Shown here in pieces: positions 55,364-64,000 of a stretch of 64,000 nt of DNA. A program made the position numbers and the translations under genes. How positions within the stretch are numbered: position 1 is the first letter of the stretch; each line of letters opens with the position of its first letter. Origin of the DNA: Salisapilia sapeloensis CBS 127946 (taxonomy: Eukaryota; Protista; Oomycota); contig JAADVB010000067.1 of assembly GCA_023334545.1 (NCBI GenBank), forward strand, positions 1 to 64,000. The letters are read 5' to 3'. Under the pieces are notes generated by a model. The model ran no database searches. It worked only from the letters and a program-made list of their open reading frames with translations, and was not told the DNA's origin.

Positions 55364-55939
55364 ATGAACGCTACATCGATCGAGCCATTGCCCATTGGAA
55401 TGGAAGACTTTCGACTCGATGGACTCGAAGTTGCTACGAACCTCTCCGACGTGCTGCTCGAAGACTTAAGTGACTTTACTGGAAGTTTGGACGGAGATCT
55501 TGGCTTGTCATGGCTTTGTGCTTTGGATGAATCTCCAGAGGAACTTCCAGCTTCTCCAACTTCCGTTGGTAAATCTGAAAGTCCTACGTCATCGGGCAAG
55601 CGGAAACGAGTCGAAACGGACTCGACGACTCCAAAGCCCAAGAAACAAGCTGCTTCAACCAACAATAAAGATAAGAAGGACAAGAAGGAGTCATCTCTAA
55701 CATCGCGACAGGAAATCCGCCGCCATAACAACCGATTGTCTGCGGCTCGCTCGCGCCGACGACAGCAAGAACATCTTCGGCAGTTGGAAGAAAAAGCTGC
55801 AGCACTGCAGCAGCGAAACGACTACTTGACTGCAATTGTCTCTCAGCTGGTAGACACTGGGAATAGTGCGTACAATGTCGCTCCACCCATGATGCCGGCT
55901 GACCAAGTATACTGCCCATGCCCGTCGTGGACATATTGA
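55364..55939 (+). CDS. bZIP transcription factor
   Basis: QEIRRHNNRLSAARSRRRQQEHLRQLEEKAAALQQRNDYLTAIV; acidic N-terminus. INR+FPR CCATTTCTAAAATTGC at 55316-55331. Confidence 0.9.
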   Translation: MNATSIEPLPIGMEDFRLDGLEVATNLSDVLLEDLSDFTGSLDGDLGLSWLCALDESPEELPASPTSVGKSESPTSSGKRKRVETDSTTPKPKKQAASTNNKDKKDKKESSLTSRQEIRRHNNRLSAARSRRRQQEHLRQLEEKAAALQQRNDYLTAIVSQLVDTGNSAYNVAPPMMPADQVYCPCPSWTY

Positions 55940-58900
55940 CTTTCTAGTAATGTAACTTCATGGACTCGCGCGCAGAGCCATCCTTGTAGAATCGTGGGAA
56001 TATGAACCAAATAAATGTTAAGTTTCCAATCCAAACTGGTCGATCATTGCATTTGATACTTTTAGATGTCTCTGACAGCTATTAAATGACGGCCGTCCTT
56101 CATCTCTTGACGATAGAAAAATTGAACCAAGGTGAAATATTCCTGTCAATAGCTTGTGATTGCTCTATTTACCAATTTTGATGCCTTCAGTGTCAATTGA
56201 GCGTTTGTTAGCTCTTGGGTCTATCAAGACCTTCATGATGGGCAAGCATACTCCAAGTCAATTAAAATTTTTACCAAGGACTACCTCCTCTACATACGCC
56301 ACTTGTGTTAACGGACGAGTCACAATCATATAGGCATAAAACTTTATTGGAGTACTTGATTTAAAAGACCATGTCATCAAGCAATATTTACTGCATCAAC
56401 AAGTTCCGAATCTTTCGTGGCAAAGTTCTGCCACGAGGCGATGGAGCACAACTACGAGCGCATAGAAAGCGGCAATTAGATCTTTGTATGAACCTGCCAC
56501 GACCAGTATGGCTTCAGGACGTGTTTATAAAGATGATACTGCAACTAAGTATCTTTTGATACTAAAACTAGTCAAGAAGAATAAGCGATTCGATAGCATC
56601 ATTAGAGCTCCATTGTTGCTACCACAATACCATGAAATGAGCAAGCGAAACACCCCGCTTTCTACACAATGTCTGTATGCTGTCTTTGTCGTATACGCTC
56701 GTACTTTCGTTGTCACTGTGGACGACCGCTGTTGCTCTACTTCAACTCCACTTCAATGTACACGGATCCTACTTCAACATACGGTTGAACGCCATACATG
56801 AGATACGAGCGAAACGCACGCTTAACTTGTGCTGACTGCACACTTTCCTGCATTACGTGTACATTTTTCTTTAAAAATTTTGTTCGAGCTGAATAATTAA
56901 ATCGTTGACTTGAATGAGCTGTCAATTTTCTGAACTCGACGACGATGACTGCTCTGTTCTGTGCGTAACAAGGAGCCGGTGTTTGGTTGACTCATCTGTA
57001 CTCGCATAAAAAGACTTGTGGTACTGACGTTGTAGATTCTGCTGCTTTATTCACTTTCTGTGCTTTTCTTGCTCTCTAGATACTCGTGAAAGCTGCTTGC
57101 ATCATTGCTTCACATCCGCATCCTGACCCAATCATGTTAATGCATCAAGTATAAAGCAGCATCAATTCACCTTAGGATATATCTACTCAATGTTGTACGG
57201 CGTCTGAGAATATCAAGTACAATTTAAAGCTTTCAGATGCTTGCAAGGGATACATATTGAAGTTTAGGAGAAATACATATCTTATTGAAGGCCCAGTGGC
57301 TATGTGCCGGTCTAGCCTACCAAAGAACACCGCTCTGTTTAAGCAAAACTTCGATTTTCAAATCTTATTCTGCACGAACAACAAAATATGGCCTATCCTA
57401 CTGATAGGATCTTGACTTCTTGCGTACTTCAATTTCTTTAGCCAGTAAGATACAATTTACATATACCAGACATGGCGATTGATGTCCAAGATATAATAGT
57501 GCGCTAAGCAATGTTTTGCCTTTTAATTGCCATGCGTGCAACCACGAAATAAAGGAACCGTTTACAGACATGAACATTGACAGTCCGGCGATGACCGATA
57601 ATCCATTGTGAACTTATGGCTAGGCGTATTGTGCTTGTAGATGATTGTACGCTGTACATCTTCGTCTGCTACCCTCCATAGCGCAGGCCGAGAAAATTGA
57701 AGCATCGAATCTTGATGATTTAGTCACAAGACTGCGCCCATGGGTACAAGCTTGCCACGCATCCCTTCTAGGATTCAGCTAATCAGCACGTGTTAATAAA
57801 ACTAAAATTTATGTTTGTAAGCTTGTAAAAGCATCTAACAACGCGTGTTTTCTTCTTAGGACGTTATGCCAATGTGTAGGGAGATAATCAAGCTCAATTA
57901 TTCACTGCGGTCATTGCGGTACCTCACGAAAATGTCTCTTGCAGGCATATTCGATGTGCAAAATCGATTTAAATTCTTTATTTCTTCGGTTAAAACGTAA
58001 GAAGGCCATCAAATTTTTGTATTTCATGTGGCATTTAGCATACATGTAGTAAGTGATAGCCATTATAAATTTTTGAAGCACAGATCCTCGAAGTACTTGC
58101 CTTTGATTTGTCTCTGTACCTTCGAATGGGCTGCAACTACTGTAGTGGGTACAATCTCTTAACCCATGCGTACCTTTTGACCAGGTCAGATTCCAAGGGT
58201 CCACAAGTGACATCTGGGTTCTCAAACAAACAATTCTACAGACATTACCGTTCTATAGTTTCGTAGCGTACGCACGTCAGTCGACGTGTTGATGTGCAAG
58301 CAAAGTACACTTCAGCGAAGGAGAAAACAAAATTCAGTCGTATCTGTACCCTTCCATTTGCCATACACGTGCCTCAGAGAACGAATGAGCGGGTCCGTTG
58401 ATCGAAAAACTTCCCAAGATCAACGAATGTAGTGGCCAGATAAGCGGCGTACTGCTGGAGTGGCACATGAGCAAGAGACACGGGAGGCGTCTGTCTGTGT
58501 TCCAACATGCTCTGACTTTCGTTACGGCACAGTTTTAATGCTAAGCGTGGACATGCTGCTCCTCTTCTGTTGGGCGGTATATGGATGGCTTAAGATCTTG
58601 AAATGACTGTCGCCAGGACACAACATGCAATAAGTATTGACGAATGTTTCCACTTCCACATAGACCGAACAAGTACCACTGTTTGGGCTAAAGTTTTCCC
58701 TGCATAAACGACAATCATTCTGCCCTTGACCGGCGATTTTGCTCAACTGCTACCAGCTCCAGAACACTGAATCAAGCGTTTATCGAGCGAGATGCTCGCA
58801 CTAGGAGAAAATTACTGATGTGGCAATGTACGAAATTCGAGCTACAAAGGGAAATTTTACCTCATTGCACTCGTCTTCGTGCCGCAGTTATGGCATTACT

Positions 58901-59305
58901 TTTACTATCATCAATTGATGCCTTAGCAAAGAATACTGACATGATTGAAGTCAGGCCGACAATTTCGTCTCGTACACTGGCAGTAACCTCAGTCTTCACG
59001 TTTCATTCTCTTTGCAAAGTTTTTATAGACTTCTGCTCTCATTTAACGTGCAAAGCCAAGGGAATAGGATAGTTTCACATTTCAAAGTCGCAAAATAAAT
59101 GCAGTTGGTATGGTAACTAGTTCTTCGATTCTTGCTCTACCGAAATGGAAGCAGCAGGATGAAAGGAATATCAATAGACATGAGAGAAATTGGAAGTAGA
59201 GACGAAATGAACTGCTACATTGACATGCTATTTCAAGGTTTTAAGCAATTGTACTACTACATGAAATTCTACACAAGTGCAAACCAATACGCCGTTGCAT
59301 GCATC

Positions 59306-59893
59306 TTATCTGAAGTTGATCGGCTCCAAGCACATCGGGTGCGGAGGATGACAAAGCGTGGAATTGGGCCCCGGGTATGGATGATTTTCCATAGTGATTG
59401 CATCTGCAGCTAGACCAGCAGCAAGATTCATTGCGAGCGCATTCAGTTCTTCATTCCGCTTTTGGAGCTCTTTGACCTGGTTCTCAAGCTCTTTCATTCG
59501 CTCTCGCTGACGCTGGCGAGAGCGTGCGGCGGATGCTCGGTTCTTTTCGCGTCGAACTTCATCCGGTTCGCAGCTAAACTTTCTTGGAGTGCGTCTGGAA
59601 GGCGCATGGGTGGAAGGATGAAGCAGGGACTTGCTGTCTCCATCCTGTCGCTTTCGCTTCTTAGAAATTCCTTCAGCACTATTGGTGTCACTGCGCGTCG
59701 TGTAGCGAAGCTCCGGGGAGTTCACGAATTCACTTTTAATGTGTAAGGTTTCGCTATCGCGCTTCAAGTCATCGAAGATGGCACCGACTTGGATGAGATC
59801 AATGGATGGAAAGCTTGCGAGATGTCCATACGGCATGCACTTGGACTCCATATCAATGACATGTGGAGGCATAGCGTTGGGCAAATTGCTCAT
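59306..59893 (-). CDS. bZIP transcription factor
   Basis: DEVRREKNRASAARSRQRQRERMKELENQVKELQKRNEEL. INR/FPR-like TTCATTATCTAATTGC at 59948-59933 favours ATG 59893. Confidence 0.9.
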   Translation of the reverse strand: MSNLPNAMPPHVIDMESKCMPYGHLASFPSIDLIQVGAIFDDLKRDSETLHIKSEFVNSPELRYTTRSDTNSAEGISKKRKRQDGDSKSLLHPSTHAPSRRTPRKFSCEPDEVRREKNRASAARSRQRQRERMKELENQVKELQKRNEELNALAMNLAAGLAADAITMENHPYPGPNSTLCHPPHPMCLEPINFR

Positions 59894-60849
59894 GTTTGCA
59901 AGGTTTCGCAAAGGGTGTTGTGGTGTTTGGCGGCAATTAGATAATGAACAAGAGCAAAGTGGTCGTGCCAAGCGCTTCGACCAGTCAACTGGTGATAATT
60001 GTGGTCACTGCAAGTCTTTGAAGCTTTTGGGTTAAAGAGGTGCGACTCAGAAGCCGGCCAGTCCTCAGTCTCATCTCACAGTTGTACAAAAAAATCTAGT
60101 AATCGTACCACTATGGCTCAAACGGGATGGTGGCTATGGCTTTAAAAGCTTTCGTTGTATTCGTGCCAAGTCCCCTTGGTCTCTCGACTGCGCGACAAGA
60201 TGTAACGGTACTTATAAGCACTCATTGTGCACATTTTGGTGCGTCATTTAGTTTCATGGTTCCTACATAAGCTGAAACCTTGGTATTAATACCTACTTTT
60301 CTACGTATACGCATACCTGAATTCAGTTATATTTACCAAGATACCCATTAGATTCCCCAATTAGGTCAGGCATCCTTTGGTGCCCGATCTGACAATCCAC
60401 CACCCGATGCTTTCGTCACGTTGCACGGTCCTGGAAGCCTAATTAAGAACGAAGAGATTTGTCCGAAAGCCGCTGCTATGTGTCATGGAGTCGCAACTTT
60501 CAGTTGATATACGGATGCTACTCATTGCTTGAACTCCTTGTCCAGACCATCTTAACCTCCATCTTTGTCAGGTGATGGGCAATTCGGTCCACGCGACAAA
60601 TTCTATCGTACTCGGATACTCTACCATTCACCTTAATGCACTATCAAGTTATCAGATACGTCTTCGACGTACCATGAAGCAGCAACGTCAGTTGGAATTG
60701 AATACACCACTTGTCATCCAATACGACACAAACAGCATGCCATCATCATGCGCATAGTGAACAGTGGGATGTAAGGTACATAGCTACTAATGACTGCTGC
60801 AACCACCAACAAGTGTTAATCGTTCTCATTCCAGTCTTCGTGGGCCTAC

Positions 60850-62931
60850 CTAGTCTAATTCCAAAGGCACACGCTTCACAAGTTCATGAATTTCCGACGT
60901 CACGCGCTCCGGGACCGCGTCATATTCTCTCGCAGCGATGCGAAGCAGGTCGGATATCAAGTTGTGGTTGCCCATGATATCGACGTGGTCGGACGTCGCT
61001 GGACCGCCACGAGGATCGAACATCATCGGCAGTGGGTCGTGCACATACTCTCGCGAACGGACTTCCATTCCGGACGGATTATACCGTTTACTACGCCATC
61101 CGTGGGAGCACATGTACCCTAGCGAGATCAGCGGGACGGTTCCATCTCCATCCGAGTATCGGACTCCTGCCTTGATCCAAGGCGCATCCGTATAGTCCAA
61201 GTCCATGACATAGGGCACGACGTCCTTGTCTCCGACCACATCGTCCTCTCCAGGGTTCTCTCGATAGATGTACCCTCTTTCCACTGGTTTTCCGACACCG
61301 TAAAGGCAGAAGATCTTCATCTGCGGTGCATATGGCAGACGCGTTTCCAGTGGATTGACCCAGTACTTGGAGTCATCATACTTATCATCACTCGGATCAT
61401 CAGCAATGCCGACACTAAAGTTCTGACGGAAGTGCTCTAGATTCTTATCGACGCTTCCTAAGAACCCATGGACGTTGCCTGCAGTAAAGTTCGCGTGCGT
61501 GTTGTTCGTGAACTGCACTACTTTCCCATTACTTCCATGCCGATGGACGTGTTCCGGGATTTGACTCTTGTTATACGTAGCACTCGTTCCTTCTGCTGGG
61601 ACAGCGAACCGAGCCACAAGGTCATCCGCAGCATACTCTTCGTCACCCCAGATCGTGTCTCCACCAACTGGGAGCATCGCGTAGACACTCGGCCACGATC
61701 GAGCTAACAATGCCCTAGATTTCGGACCAAAGAAGAAACCGAGGACTTTAGATAGACCTCCAAGCTCGGCTGTGTCTTTCATTTCGCCTGACATGAGCGT
61801 ACTGATACTTTTGATTGTTCCTAACGTCGGTCCGGCGATGTTTGCAAAGCTCTCGACGTTCTCATCCATCCAGGAGGATCCCATATTCCCTCCCTTTGGA
61901 CTCTGCACCCACTGCATAAAGTAGTAAAAGACCTGGAGAGCATAGGAATGCGCGACGATCATGACTTTCTTGCCACCACTTGAAGCTCGTGCCATCTCGA
62001 TCGTATATCGCAGTTTCGTAAAGTATTGATCTCGCTCTTCCATCTGTGCGGGTGCCATCCGCCAGTCGTATGCGGCCATGTACATAGAGTTACTGTCGTA
62101 CCCGATATCCGCAAGGTTCTCAATCAACTTGGCCCAGACCCAGTAGCCTCCGATGACGTAATCTGCAGCTTCCAGTCCTTCTGCCGGGCGTAGCTTGATG
62201 CCGTCTGGATCCATGCCAGTGGTCCGGTTGAGCATAAGATGTTCCAACCAGCATCTCTGCGTGCATAGCGTTTAGAGAATTGAAATAAGTACAAGAGAAG
62301 GATGGTACGTACTTGGTTCATGAGGAACTGTTGGACCATTCGAGACGTGCCCCAAATGCGTTGTCGAAAGTATGTCTGGACGCACTCACTGCCGTTCCAG
62401 ATTTCCAATCCAGTGGAAGAGAATCCTGGTAAGAGAATGACTGGCGAGTGCGCGCCTAGTCCTTCACCACGTAGCTTGACGCCTGGACGCACGCCGTCTT
62501 CCGGAGCGGACGATGGGCGATAATCGATGGCATCAAAGAATTCGTCTCGGATATTCGTCGACCAGTTATCAAAGTTCCATTGATGCCGAAGCTGCTGGAT
62601 CTACCGAAGAAGGATGCATGAGATTGGGAAGGTGGTAGCAAGATTGCAAATTAGCACAAGTAGACATGAAAATACGAATAAGTACCGTTTGGTGGTCCAA
62701 AAAGTCAGGAAAGTTGTCATCAAAGTAATGAATTTGCGTCATGAAAACGCCGACTACACCGAGGAGTGCACCGAAAAGGATCGAGTATCGCCGGCGGGAC
62801 GTGACGTGATCCGTCGCTTTCTCCGACCAACTCTTCGTCCGCTCTAATTCCTTCGTATTCTGCTTTTCGCCATTCGATTTGCTGCCATTAGCAGACGTTC
62901 GCTTTCGCAGTCCATCCGTCTTGCCTGCCAT
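60850..62931 (-). CDS. PDAT: Phospholipid:diacylglycerol acyltransferase (LCAT/PDAT family), 3 exons
   Basis: Exons 62931-62686, 62600-62313 and 62256-60850. N-terminal TM helix, PVILLPGFSSTGLEIW, CWLEHLML, GYWVWAKLIENLADIGY, AAYDWR, VAHSY, DGDGTV and SDHVDIMG. Confidence 0.92.
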
Positions 62932-63132
62932 GAGCTCTGCTAAGAAGTGTATGCTTTCGACTGTCGTCGGAAGGTCTTCTCCCGTGACATGAGGACGCTG
63001 CGTCAGGTGCAGATCGACCAATCACAAGGCTTCACCAGGTAGAAAAAAGCCAATTTATGGGTTTTATTCGAAAATTGACGCAACTTGATGTAAAGTCGGA
63101 GTGAGATGGGTCCAGTAGATCCAAACGAAAGT

Positions 63133-64000
63133 TTATGTTAATACAAGTTTTTGCTCGTTGCCATCTTCATGACGTGGCACGATTTCAGGGCTGCGATAAA
63201 TGTCCATGGAGGTGATAAGCTGTGTCTTTTCATTCTCAAGACGCTTGTACTTGCCATTGCTGGTATATAGTTATTAGACTCGATACTAGTGGATATAGAA
63301 ATATATTTGGCGTACTAGATAGAGATGATGGCAAAGGTAGATAGCAGCATAAAGACTTGAATCCACTGCGGATCGGCATAAAAGTTTTTCAAAGGTACAT
63401 GCCCGGACGAGTCCGTGTACATTCGGCGAAGGGCACCAAGTGTCGGTACCATGACCGCAGAGAGCACGTTACCACATAGTTGTTGCAATGCTGCAACTGT
63501 TGCCTCACTTGTCGGATATGCACATTCAACGCCCAGTTCTAGGGCGACTGGTTGCTGTGGACCAATGCATAGTCCAACTAGCATCAGTAGGAGAAATGTA
63601 GAGATCCCTGTTAGATATGAACATGAGAGACTAAAGCATGCCAGAGAGATGGATGAACATAACGCCGAAACCATCAAAGCTTGCTTGTGATTTTGGTGTT
63701 TGTCGACAAACGAGCTGATGACTTGCCCACCGATCGACATTGTAATGATAAACGCTGCGCCGATAATTCCAAGTTCGGATTTGGCAAATCCATCTGCTCG
63801 AAGGATCTTTCCCATGAGCGTTGCCATCGCATTCATAATGCATTCGGCAATTGAAAACACAATCACAGTCGTAGTAAATCCAGGATGAGAGAAAGCTGCA
63901 AGCCATTGCTTCCAATCATAGTCATCTTGCGCACTGCTCACAAGAGAGTAAAAGCTACGAGATCGTTTCGCAGCTGGAAAAACCTTTGGGAACGATTGAA
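63133..64000 (-). CDS. MFS transporter (FLVCR/MFSD7-like), 3' part only; runs off the window
   Basis: Hydrophobic helices and PVALELGVECAYPTSEATVAAL. Splicing TA|GTACG...CCAG|C (intron ~63315-63259) gives a final exon YNGKYKRLENEK...LVLT* ending at 63133. Confidence 0.8.

Noticed and set aside
56000-59250. Scattered 60-105 aa ORFs between the two bZIP genes
   Set aside because: No recognisable domain, splice path or promoter motif; treated as non-coding or unassignable decayed sequence.

Overview
Eukaryotic, gene-dense window of roughly balanced GC with short GT-AG introns (mostly 55-190 nt). Several features point to an oomycete (inference): the oomycete INR+FPR core promoter (GCTCATTYBNNNWTTY-like) upstream of many genes, 'M96'-type bZIP-like/START-like genes, a START-like+FYVE gene and 28-aa GCTTxAMD ankyrin repeats. 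I can support about 22 protein-coding genes, one tRNA-Val(CAC), one clear pseudogene (START-like+FYVE) and a probable decayed L1/Tx1-type LINE fragment. The coding genes are a C2/acidic-tail protein, an ankyrin protein, three M96-like genes, three bZIPs, a USP, an Sfi1-like protein, MCM7, NAA30, a TPR-HSP70 fusion, two POT/PTR transporters, a PDZ protein, a UBL-PUB-STI1-UIM protein, an EF-hand protein, HSP60, a HAT-repeat protein, PDAT and a partial MFS transporter. Exon boundaries were read by hand and are provisional. The most interesting leads: (1) an HSP70 with an intact Hop-type TPR carboxylate clamp but no EEVD; (2) a UBL-PUB-STI1-UIM adaptor; (3) two START-less M96-like proteins near a full-length paralog, a possible microProtein-type circuit; (4) a tail-to-tail POT pair sharing an 88-nt perfectly identical tract; (5) an E2F-like palindrome in a 151-bp bidirectional promoter shared by MCM7 and the Sfi1-like gene. 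No CRISPR or rRNA was seen. I could not run database searches, so novelty is unverified.
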